Translations under genes and position numbers: made by a program
NCBI GenBank assembly: GCA_040143965.1
Contig: JASJQH010000003.1
Span: forward strand, 1-64,000
Length of the DNA: 64,000 nt
Origin: Basidiobolus ranarum
Taxonomy: Eukaryota
Direction of reading: 5' to 3'
Shown: positions 1 through 12,335 of the stretch, in pieces
How positions within the stretch are numbered: position 1 is the stretch's first letter
Layout: the number at the start of each line of letters is the position of its first letter
Notes under the pieces: generated by a model
Seen by the model: only the letters and a program-made list of their open reading frames with translations
What the model was told of the DNA's origin: nothing
Database searches by the model: none

Positions 1-427
1 CTAAGTAAATTCCGATTGAGAATAATTGATAATATCTTAGTGAATTATATGATAACTAAGTACTAAGCTATATATGACTATATAGGTGTTTAGGCAATGC
101 TAATTTCAACACTATTTTAGGAGTTTACTGGAAGTGGTTTGGATAACTTGAATGAATTGATGGTTCTCAGTTGATGATTTGTTGAGTGGACAGTTGACAT
201 TAATGTTTTGGCTAAGGGTAAGCAAACAAACATGTAGAATGTGCTATGAAATAGCCCAGGCATATGTGTGGAAAGCTGGAGGCCTCTAGGATAGGTTTGC
301 AAAGTCTTCTAAGTAAACTCTGATTTTGAATGGTGAGTGATATCTTAACAAAGTATGGAATAAATAAGTACCAAACTATAGATGACTATATAGATACTTA
401 GCTATGATAACTTCAACACTGTCTAGG
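1..427. repeat. Degenerate direct repeat, about 120 bp, two copies (1-121 and 309-427)
   Basis: Collinear shared blocks: ctaagtaaa, atatctta, taagtac, atgactatata and ttcaacact occur in both copies about 308 nt apart. Copy 1 may be cut off by the window edge. Confidence 0.6.
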
Positions 428-2540
428 TTCTAAAAAACTGTATATAGCACTTAGATATCCAGAATGTATATGAGTAGGATATATGGAGAACTATGTAAGA
501 ATATGTTGCCTTTTAGCTGCCATAATCACATTGTTACTGCTAACCCTAATACTTGCCAAATCATATTTACCTTACTTACCCTAAATGTTGAACTTCTACA
601 TAGATACTCACCTATGGCTTACTGTGTTACCAAAACAGGGTTCAATTCTGCCGTTGATTCATGACTATGTAATATACTTTATGACCATGCTCCCTAACTG
701 CTTTAAAAAAATTAACTTTGAGTTGAGTACAATGAGGTTTGTAATTCATAAGCACATTTTCCTTTTAATGCTCACCAAGATCAGCTTCTTCCTAACTTGA
801 TTCTCTCTCTCATTCAAACCAGCTATCCAAAAACTCCATACTTTTCAGGAAAGCCTGTCAATTCTTACAAGGAGGTCTTTTGATCAATCAGAAAGGAAGG
901 AAAGAAACATGATGTGAGAAGTACCAGGAGACAAGCATGGATGTTAACCTAATTAAGATAAAATCAAGGAAACAGAATTGACTGGTACCCTCTTTAAACG
1001 CTTACTAAATTTATCAAGAAATAATTGAATGATACCAAATCAGCAATTACAAATCTACGATGGTTTAATTCGATGCGACCATGCAATAGTAAAACTACGA
1101 TTATCTACACTAGTCGGGGATTAATTTTAAACTAGTAAATAGCAAATATTTATCACCATATTATAGCATTCAGTTTCTTTTGCATGCAAATATTTGGGAA
1201 CCATATTTCCGGTATTTTAACTCCAATATTCTCTAGATTGTTATGATCGAGCAAAATCCAATGTTGTAAACAATGAGTCAGTGGCGATATCAGTATTTGA
1301 TTTAGAATATCTATATATATACATAGGTCTAGTTATAAATATCGAACTCAGTGGTAAACGAATTGCCATATTTCAAATCTCGATTCGGATAAACTTTCAG
1401 AATTCCCAACAAGATTGAATCCCATATTCTTTCAGATTCATTTCCCATTGGGTAATTTCAAATCGGTAATCTCCGAATCTTAAAGTTTGGACGTGAGACT
1501 TGGGATATCTCTAACTGTGGTCTAGGAGAAATGTTAAACCGTAGAATAATGGGGCTTGGAAATGATATAATTAATAAACAATCGACCATTGGCTCCTTGA
1601 GTACAAATTATGATCGTAAGTGAATGGTTGCCATCGGCAGCATTGTTCAGCATCTTAAGATTATTGCAAAGTAACATCCTACTCTCATAGCTACAGAGTT
1701 TGTTCACTGAATTCTTCCTGGCCTGTCTCATCATTTCTCAACGTAGTGATGTATGACAACTCTGTATCTAGAAATATAACATACATGTTTGTTTGATTTT
1801 TCACTGCTATTGTTTCTCTTCTGTGAGAGCGCTGGGATTGAAATACCGGTAACTTGCAGACCTGGAGTAGATCCAATTCTTTTAACCAACCTAACCCTTA
1901 AGAGCAATACAAATCGTGTGCTGATAGAATTTCTAACTGATCAATTCAAGGTATATTCTTTGTACTGGTTTTAAACTCGTTATTCTCATTAAGCTTGGAG
2001 TATGTATTTAACAGACAGAAATTATTAATGGTAATTGTAAGGTTAACGGAGATAAATGAGAAGTTATTAAAGATTTACTGTAGATTATGGAGATTGACTT
2101 TTGCCATCACAATACAATTAATTCATGTAAGGTTATACAATGATGCTCATGCTGATTGAATTCAATGTATAACACAGATAAATAAAAAGTTATCAAGCTC
2201 CGTTTATTTGCTCCAAACACTTCAAGATAAACTTAACAGATACTTAACACGATTGGTAATGAAGTAAACAAAATATCACAACTTGAATATCTTTTCATTT
2301 TGTAATATTTGTAATGATATAAATGCCTCCAACCACAGATAGAGATCTAATTATACCTCGTGACTTTAGTTTCAGAAGTACATTTATTAATTAACTGAAT
2401 CATTGGAAAATTCAATGAATTACAATCGATGAATTTTTAGAAATTGGATGATTTTTTTGGATTCTATATTAAAGATGAAATTCCAAGTTACTCTTTATAC
2501 TTTTAGAGCATCATATTCCAGTAAACCTTAGAACTTTATC

Positions 2541-3705
2541 ATGACTTCAGCGGAATCTCCTAGTTCTATAAACTTAACTTCTGCATCGACAACTCCTTCT
2601 TCTACACCGAATTCTTTCTCACACCTTAGTCTTGAAGGGAATACTTTATCTCCTCCATATTCTTATTTACCTAATTCCAATGCCTCTAATACTTCACAAC
2701 CACCTCCCATTTCAATGGCTGCTTTACAATCTCGTAGTAATTTCTCTTCACCTTCATCCTATACTTTAGCTTCTTCGCCACCTCAAACAAACGGTCTCCC
2801 CAATATGTCAACTACATCTTTAGCTATAAACTCAGCCCATGCTATCAGTAAGTCACTCATGAGTCTAGATGCTAGGACTATGACTAGAGAGATGTCCATG
2901 TCAGGGGATGTTTATGTTCAAGATGATAAGTGGCAGACTCTTTGTGTCAAAGTATTACCATTATTCAACGGTGAAGGACTTAAAGGATATGTAGAAGATT
3001 TGAATGAATTAGTCAGGTAGAGTAGAGTCAGAATAAGAGCCTTTGAAGCCCTACAAAACTAACAGTATTATTTTACAGAGGTTGTCTAAACGATAAAGCT
3101 TTAACTACGTTGGCAGAAGATATAGAACACTTGCTAGGGGATGGTATGTTAACTTTGAACGTGAAATTGATCGGAGTGAACGATGAGAAATTGGTGAGTC
3201 GTTTGGTAGAATTATGGTCATTCTTTTTTGGTACGGTTTTGCCATACTTTGAAAGTGTATTTCTTCCACTTCAAACGGAAGTTAAAAAATATCAATTACC
3301 TACTGTCATGGTGGATGTTCGTAATATGGCATTGAGTAGCTTTAGAGATCATGTTATCATCCCCATGGTAGATCGTTTGGAAGGTAAATCTGGATTTATT
3401 TGGTAGTGCGTTGAGTGACATTCAAGTACTGATTGTATTCCACATATGATTTAGATGTATTTTCCAATCTTTTCGTTGATAATGAGGAGACTGGCATTCC
3501 CCGTACCGACACAGCTGCTCGTATGCTTCAGATGATATCGGTGTTAAGTAATCTTCGACCTGATGATGATTTTGAGGAGGATATCAAACGAATTCTAAAT
3601 ATGCTCAAAACGAATTACAAAGCCTATATGAGCAAGAGAGACCATCGTTGGGGCACCTCCAAGAATATCATTCCTGATAGAAGCGAGGAGAAAGCGATCA
3701 TTTAA
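2541..3705 (+). CDS. HbrB-like (Bit61/PRR5-type TORC2-associated) protein, 3 exons
   Basis: Ser-rich N-terminus, then the HbrB motifs WQTLCVKVLPLFNGEGLKGYVEDLNELVR, RLVELWSFFFGTVLPYFESVFLPL and ARMLQMISVL. GT-AG introns at about 3017-3079 and 3383-3454. Confidence 0.85.
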
Positions 3706-4133
3706 AGTGATAAACTCATGTACAGGTGCAGCTGCAGGTATCATGTCAAGTAGAATGTCAGCTGATTTTTCAATAAATCGATTGAAAGTGATGGTCGGTC
3801 CTTATTTTTGGTACGCGATATAATATTCGGGTTGGGGAAAGTGATCAGCAGAGGCTGATCAAAGAATATATGCTCTAATGTATATACGGTTGATTTTTGA
3901 CACATCGGCCTGTTTCATCTGCGATATAGTTGTTCAATGCGTCAAACGGTATTTTTGGACCGCGGAGGTATCAACAAACGATGATTAATATAGTAGACAG
4001 CTCGACGAGGCCAAGTTATAAAAAGAGGTGGTTGGCGTTGGTGTCCGGCGCTCTAACCCTATTAACCCCTCCCCCTCTCTTTCTTCCTTAACTATAAATA
4101 ACTGCGCATTCTTGCAATTAGCAACTTGACAAG

Positions 4134-4922
4134 ATGCTGATGAAATTAATCCCGTTCATGTTCATTACAGGATCCCTCCTAAATTGTGTAAAAGCGAATT
4201 CCACTCATGTACTCCCCTCCTCTTTTGACCTATCTTACGAAACCGACGTGACTCCAGGTTGTAACGCCTTCTTTCAACGGTTTTTATCTTCTGCCGATTT
4301 CAAGGCTTGTAAACCGCTGAGTTTCTTCATTACGAACTCCTATGAGTTTGCAGCCAAGACCAGAAGAGTACCGCAAAATGTACTCATGTTGGAAGATATT
4401 TGCACTACTCCAAAAGTAGACTGTCAAAAGGTGATGAAAGAACTTCGTCAAGAGATGGTGAAGATACCAAATTGTGGTGAAGATCTTCGTGCACAAAACA
4501 AGTTCGCCAATTCCGCCTACGTTTCATTTATAAATTTTCATTTGATGCAACGTGTTGGTTGTTTAAAGAATGAAACAAACGGTTATTGCTTTGTCGAGGC
4601 GTTAGAAAACCGGACCAGCTTATCACTTTACTTTATGCCATATGGACACCAGCTGCAGTCAGTAGAAAATTCTACTGAATCCGATAATATGTGCACCTTG
4701 TGTAACAGTAAAGTGATGGATATTTACGGACGCTTTGGATCTCAGTATCGCAGTCCTCTAGGGAAGACATTCAAAGCATCCAAGGATATAATAATAGAAA
4801 AATGTGGAAGAGGCTATTTAAAAACGCATAAGGAACCGATTAATGAGGGTATGGTAGTTAAGGGACAGACTAAGATATTGATTCTAATCGGTGCACTTGC
4901 CCTTTCTATATTTTCACCATAA
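4134..4922 (+). CDS. Secreted Cys-rich protein, probably GPI-anchored (fungal cell-surface family of unknown function)
   Basis: Single exon with an N-terminal signal peptide, spaced Cys (GCNAFFQRFLSSADFKACKPLSFF; CLKNETNGYCFVEAL) and a hydrophobic C-terminal tail. TATA-like tataaata about 40 nt upstream. Confidence 0.75.
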   Translation: MLMKLIPFMFITGSLLNCVKANSTHVLPSSFDLSYETDVTPGCNAFFQRFLSSADFKACKPLSFFITNSYEFAAKTRRVPQNVLMLEDICTTPKVDCQKVMKELRQEMVKIPNCGEDLRAQNKFANSAYVSFINFHLMQRVGCLKNETNGYCFVEALENRTSLSLYFMPYGHQLQSVENSTESDNMCTLCNSKVMDIYGRFGSQYRSPLGKTFKASKDIIIEKCGRGYLKTHKEPINEGMVVKGQTKILILIGALALSIFSP

Positions 4923-5876
4923 ACCTAGATACCGTGGAATAGTTAATAACTATGTAGTCCTTGTTAATACCACGCTTCTCAGTTGATTTCAGATTTAACT
5001 TCTAAATGTAAATTGCTAACTCGATAAAGAATTCAATACAAAGTTCATTCCGTATCGGGAATACCACATGAAAGATGCAATTCTCTCTACAATCGAAGAT
5101 CATTCCATTTGATGGCCACGCTGAGCTTTCGTTGAAGAGGAAATATAGAAGCTTCCTCACCCCCATGGGATCCATCATAGTTAGAATTTACATTCTGGCC
5201 TTCTATATAAATATCGAGACTACCAATATCGACCATTAAAATCTCGATTCTAGATAGATTCGGGGTTTCCCTCAACCGACCGAATCTAGTTTGATTGTAT
5301 TAGGAGGAGATGTAGGTTGGGGAATTTAGAATTTAGGAACTGGCAATTAGGATCAAATCGGGGTATGGGAACGGGCATGTGGATGTGGATGCGGATGGAT
5401 GAATCGAGGCTGATAAGGACACAGCTCTCTTTATATGTTGTTTGTTATTCTGAGCATCACTGGATGTCTCAGATCTATGATTGTAATGAACGAATTTGGT
5501 TAGGAGTCAACAATGGCCTCTATGATAGGCTTATATGGCGTTCCAGGCGGATCTCTAATCTTTCCATATTAGAATCCAAAAAATAGTCTTAGCGTGTTCA
5601 ATTCACCTTCACCTTCACTAAAAGGGCAGTGAAGGCTCAACCTCACCATGATGACGAATGATCAATTATGTATGTTTATTCTGTATTAAATAAATAGAAA
5701 TCCATGAATCTATCGATTCACAAGAGCTAAGAGGGGATATATACAAGAAATCGAGGCGGTAGGGTTAGGATTGGCTGGTCGGGGTTTCCGGTACGGATTT
5801 ATACCCTTGTCACAGTCATTTCTGATAGGGGCGATGATTTTAAATGCAATTAGGGAGATTCGTGTACAAGTCAGAT

Positions 5877-6458
<582 letters not shown>

Positions 6459-6873
6459 TTACAATTTGGCTGTACGATGTCGTTCGGAGGATGCGAAGCT
6501 TTATATAGGTAGCAAATTGAGCCACTTCCCAAGTATCTCATGAATTCTGGATTGTTAAAAACCATTTCCATACATAGCAAAGGCCAAGTCTCAAAGCGCA
6601 ATCCTTATTCAACCACGGTTATACATAGTTACGTTACGTTTTTGGACCAAAATGCTATCTACGTCATGAGTAAGAAGCTCGGAAATTACTGCGATAAGAT
6701 GATAGCTTAGGATATCTTAGGTGCTAGCAATTTACATCCCAAAAAATCCTCATTACCACTCTCAGTTTTACCGAGCTCGATAGAATTGAAGATCCATTAA
6801 AATATACGAGGTCCGCTTTTGGAATGGAAAATTCTGATTGAACCATATCGATGACTTTTGCGTTGGGAGGCTA

Positions 6874-6912
6874 GTGAATTCCTATCGTGAATTCGTATCG
6901 TGAATTCATATC
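6874..6912. repeat. 13-bp tandem repeat x3 (GTGAATTCNTATC)
   Basis: gtgaattcctatc gtgaattcgtatc gtgaattcatatc. Confidence 0.85.
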
Positions 6913-7977
6913 GAACTAGCAATTGATTAGTTCCTGAGTTGCTAACGAGTGTATGTCAGAGTGTGTTTAATTACGTCCAGATGGTAGGTTAGGTTAGGGT
7001 TTATCCAGAGCCAAGTGGCTTGATTAATTGTCTGTGCAAAAGAGTATCATCAAACCGGATTCAGGGTGAACAGAGCACCTACTTTTGGTTTAATTGGATA
7101 GCTGTTGCAAACGAACTGATCATTGTTTACAGTGACCCAAAGCTTCAATTTCAAATGGAAGATTCCTTTTCTGTTTCTATTTATCGATGATATCAATCGG
7201 GCTACGTAGCTCGTTCTAAATTTCTGACTAGGTAACCTCGCATTTGGGATTTGAAATGATGCTCATCGTTTTAATCGAGTACAATCCCCAAAAAACTGTA
7301 ACCACTATGATGAACTAGTTTAATCTAAACTTTTGGTGAGAGCTTATGCCAAGCCGGTGTGACAGTCATTCGTTTGGCGTAATGGCAGCTTTAGCGATAT
7401 GAGTAACTGTTGTGAGAGGATGTGTCAGGTGATTCCTGTTTAAGTTTAAGGTTTTGACCACCCAACATTGCTTGTTTGTACTTGGTGCGACGTCACTACC
7501 TTGAAACGGAAGCCATTTGAACTTTCGCAACGTGATAAAAACGAAGTAGTCAAGTATTGAATAATCATGATTTCTAAAAGAAGACAATGGAAATGGTGTG
7601 GAGTCTTTTGGAGGCCATACCATCTGTACGAACCCATACTCTCCAAAGAACAAACACTGAATAGCTATGGAGCACAAGGAACATATGCATCAGGATATAT
7701 TGAAGTTCAGGACTTGAAACATATATGGACTACATGAAGAAGATTCGTTAAACTAGGAAGAAAATGAAGGCCAGGCATGTTGACTTCATTTCTATAAACG
7801 CTTTAACAAATGGTGACCCGCATTCATCTCATTCAAAATTATAAAACATCGGGTGAGGGGCACTGAGGGCTGTGGACTTCCCATTTAAAACTATTTAGGC
7901 CAAAATGTAATTTAAATGACTACGAATGGCCTTTGGTGTTGGATGTGTACAAAAAGAAGGAAAATTAAAAAATCTCT

Positions 7978-10900
7978 TCATTGTTTCACTCATCATTTTT
8001 GTATCTGAAGACTGGATACATTGGGTCTGAGTCACTATCGCTCTCATATGCAAGATTTCGTCCTTCGGAGACAAGAGTGGCGGAAGATTGGATCGATGCG
8101 TTTACATCTACGTAAAGAGCTTCATCAAAATAAACTTCTTCAGGCACTGGGAATCGTTAAGCATGATGTCAGCTTCAAGGTTCTCTCTAGACGGAATATA
8201 GGGATAGGGAAAAAACTAACCTGTACTTTCGTGGGAATAAATTGGGATAGGTTGAGTGTCTGTGATACCTGGGCGAATTTCTAATTTAGATCTCATTGCG
8301 TTTGACAGGTGATCCTCAAGGTCTTCCTCTGAAAGACTTGAATCTCCGTCAGTTCTCCGAGGTTGATATACCCCATAAGGCAAAGGATTTTCTTTTCTAA
8401 ATTCGAGTCTACGAGTAGGAGGAAGACTGAAGAAAGATTCATTGTACTCAGAACAGTTAAGGTCATAGATTTCAAAATCAAATTGAGGACACAGCCAAAG
8501 CGGAGATATGTGAGTAGGATGAGTCGAAATTTCAGATTGTAAAATCCATCTTGAAAGAGGTTGATGGCCTTCGTTTTGACTTAGTGTGGGAGCATCTACT
8601 GTATCGTGGACTTGTGCCCAATCGTGGCCGCGCACTAAGTTCCATTCAGCTATATCCTCTGTACTGACTTCAAGTTCTAATGAATTATGAATTCGTCCTG
8701 AATTTATCATTTGTTACTTTGCTCATTTTGTAACCAAAAACCATAAAAATATAAACCTTTCATTTTCTTTTTCACGGATATAGACCTAGTGCGAAACTGA
8801 TGAAGAGTAAGAATCCCGTTTGTGCTGAAAGTAAACATTTGTTGCCATCCTTGGGGCCCTGCACTGCTTCCTCGACGATGACTAGACTTTGGTAGTCCAT
8901 GGGAATTAGCAATGAACATAGCTTGAGGTGCTAGTTTCCCAGAATACGAAAGTTTATCATCATCATTACTAGAGATTGAACGACTTTCACTTGAGTTTTC
9001 TTCATTTTCTACCACTAAACCTTTGTGCTTCAATCTTGCAACAGACGTGAGGGAGACGGCTTTGTCCTTTCATAAAGGTTAGTATAGTTCGCATTCAACT
9101 CTATAGACGAACGTGGAACTTACGGTGATTGATCTCCGATTATATCTACTTCTCTCATTTGCAATATACGTATGAATATGGGATTGAACGTTAGTATGTC
9201 CACCATATGGATTAATAGCAAATACATCTAGAACCGAGTTAAGATACATAGCAAATAATGAATATTAAATGAAAAGCTCAAATTTAAAAAGGATACGTGT
9301 TGTTCCTCGCTCAGTACTTACGGCCAGCCACTTGGAATCCACACTAAAGGAGATATCCTCGACATTAGCAAACGTATAGCCACGAGATAGTTTATAACTA
9401 AAGATAACCATTAGCATGATATAGTTGAAGATTTTTAGTTGAATTCATACATATTGTTAACAACGTCATTGTTATTGACCTCGAACACTTTAAAGCTTGT
9501 TCCTTGAATTGAAGCGGTCACTAGAAGATTCCCATTGCGGTTAAAAGACATTGCGGCAATTCTATGATTGTGTGCTTTGAAATGTTGTACAGATTTGTTC
9601 AATTGTTCTTCTGCAGTACGGTTCGTAGACTTGGACGTATACTTTAAGCACCCAATATCCTTAACAATAACCTAAGAAAAATAAGTTATGAACTTGGTTG
9701 TAAAAAGCTCCATTTGCAGAGAAACAACGTTACCATTCCACTGGGTAAATTGTTCGACTTTGAGGGATCATCAGAAGCTACACTTGATACCTCATCCAAT
9801 TCGGAGCTTTGACTATCATTTCGGAACATCCGCAAGTTATTGAGAGGTGGAGAATCCGAGAAATAGTTGGATAAGGTTCTATATCCAAGATCACCTACAA
9901 TAGTCATTTTCGTAAGTTATCTTCTAAGTGTTTGCAGTTAGTTTTGGATATACCTATGGTTCTCACTCCATGAACCACGTTTTTGGCAACCTTCTCTGCT
10001 TTATAGATTTGATCGACAAATTCCTTACTACGGTTGTCATGTGTACTTGTGGGAGCTCTGGAAGAGGTTGCGTATGCTAGAAGACGGTCACCAAGCGCGG
10101 CAACTGGAGCATCGGTCACAGGATTGGAGATGACATTATCTAGTGCTGAAAAGCTGGTCAAAGTGTAGGGAGACAAAATCAAAAGTCTATTTGGTTTTAA
10201 TGACTGAAGAGTGAGGTTAGAAGATGTAGATATTTTATGATTGCATACAGTATTCGTAAAGCCTACCAAAACAATGGCGTTATCATTACATCTGATATCA
10301 ACCAATTTCTCAAACTCATACTCAATAGTTTTAATGTTGGAATGTGTTTTCAGCGAGAAAAAATCTAATCTCGACGATGGTTGAAGAGTACGATGTTCAT
10401 CATTAGGCGATTCGGATCTATATTTGAATAGTGTGGAAAAGGTTAGGTTTAGTTTGCAACAATCACCTAAATTGATAAGCTTACACAATAGCAATGAGAG
10501 TTCGATATCCTTTAAATTTGTCTATGACATTTTCCCGTAGTTTAGGCTCCGGGAGTGCCTATATAATAATGACTATTGATAAAGAATTGAGAGAGAGTAT
10601 GTTTGACAAAAATACTATTTACTTTGAGGCATGTGACTCGCTGATTTGTTTGTCTATAAGAGAAAATTTCTTTGATATTATCAGCATCCATTATATCCCA
10701 AATCTGGAATCCATCCTCATAACCAAGTAGTAGACAGAGTCGCCTGCATGTGAAGACGTTCATTAATACCAGTGCTATATCAAGTGTTATTAGTGCAATA
10801 GACTGACCTTTGCAGCTTTCTAGATGATTTTTTTCTAGATACACCTGTAGAGAACACCCCCCAAATCCAATCAAACGACGCGCAAAGTATTGGTTTTTTC

Positions 10901-11207
10901 TTGGCAACAATATTAGACTTGGAAGAGCTTCTGGAAATTTCATTGTGTTGTTGCGTTTGGTCTTTTTTAGTTCGTGATAAAGAATCTGGAAGGCTATTGG
11001 AAACATAATTGGAGATTCCATATAACATGGTAGAAATATTGTCAAAAGAGGATATTTTTCTATAATGAAGGCTCGTTAGTAAAAACTCGAATTTACTCAA
11101 AGTAACATACGCACTTTAACGTATAAAAAGTATGCATAGTCAATGAACTACCTTAAATATTTGGGTTCAGCTGTAACCCCCACCTTGGAGATGTTATTCT
11201 GAGACAT
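7978..11207 (-). CDS. BCAS3-family WD40/PROPPIN-like autophagy-associated protein, multi-exon
   Basis: Motifs LLLGYEDGFQIWDI, ALGDRLLAYA, HFKAHNHRIAAMSFN, RGTTHVFAINPYGG and WILQSEISTH...PLWLCPQFDF. ATG at 11207. The 3' end is approximate. Confidence 0.8.
9228..9296 (-). other. U12-type (minor spliceosome) GT-AG intron in the BCAS3-like gene
   Basis: 5' site GTATCCTTT; branch-like TATCTTAAC about 10 nt before TAG. Removal gives RGTTH/VFAINPYGG. Confidence 0.8.
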
Positions 11208-11724
11208 TTCACCAAAGTAGTATTCTTGATTAGAATTCCAAGAGGAGTACCACGAGAGATTTACTCGAGATTATTCAAAGTATCACTATTAAAAATCAAA
11301 CTAATAGTATTTGGGAATTAAGCATTATTCTCAAGTTCGACTCTTGAGATTGCTTCGATTTGAGGCCAGGTGAAATGTAAGTGTTGTTGATGAAGTACAA
11401 ACAAATGAAATGTTGGTAGAAACTTGCCGAAATGGTGCAGACTGACTGTCAGATAAAATAAGAAAGAAAGAAATGAAAAGACTTTATGCTAGTATAACTT
11501 GGCTATGCATCAAAATTTAGTTGCACGACGCATCCCCGTGACTGGTTCTGGAGGTTTTGTGACTGGCACTGATATTATCAAATCAATTAACTAAGAAGAT
11601 AAATAACCCAGGATCCAATGGGTTTAATATTCAGAAGGGAATGGTGGGAATTGATTTGCTGCGGACTATTCGATTTACGGATGACTAGATGAGCAAGTCT
11701 GAGGCGGAGCAAAGTGACTATCAG

Positions 11725-11775
11725 TATGTTTAAAAGAATAATCATGATTATTAATATGTTTAAAAGGATAATCAT
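11725..11775. repeat. Tandem duplication with 30-nt period
   Basis: tatgtttaaaagaataatcat / tatgtttaaaaggataatcat. Confidence 0.75.
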
Positions 11776-12335
11776 CGCATAGTCGCAGCATTATTTAGTG
11801 CCTAAGACAGACTGAGCATTATTATCAGAAACAAGCACAGCATAAGCGCCAAGAAGCATATTTTTAATGGTTTGGGAAATAGAACATTATGATAGCGATA
11901 TTCGTAAGTATCGCACTTGATTAATCTCAATTGTAAGATGTAGGGCTAAGATGTGTTACCTCATCAACTCTAAGTGCAATAACCTTGCCATATCTTTCCA
12001 ATGAGAACAGAATGCTAGAGATGTAATCAATGTTAATGCACACCAAATCAATATTACAGGTAACCCGATTGGTGATGGGACTTCCAGAGATCTAACGAAC
12101 TAAACACGGGGCGGGGTGTTACCCGAGCTTTTACATGATAAAGATTCGTTCCTCAATTGATTCGCCATTTTGTAACATACATATTTCTTCAAAGTTACAC
12201 TAGAGAAATCGACAAATCGTTCAAGCCGCTCTTCGTTTTACTCGTTCAAAAATTCTCTGGTTGTTTCTTTAGGCTACTTGTTTGTGATTTTAGTACTAAA
12301 CTGCTTGAGCCGCTTGACTGTTGCAGACAACTACT

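Noticed and set aside
10505-10513. ATATCCTTT U12-like donor on the + strand (also near 55927)
   Set aside because: Antisense to the host genes (BCAS3 coding sequence; MAT2B-like intron), so not a usable splice site.
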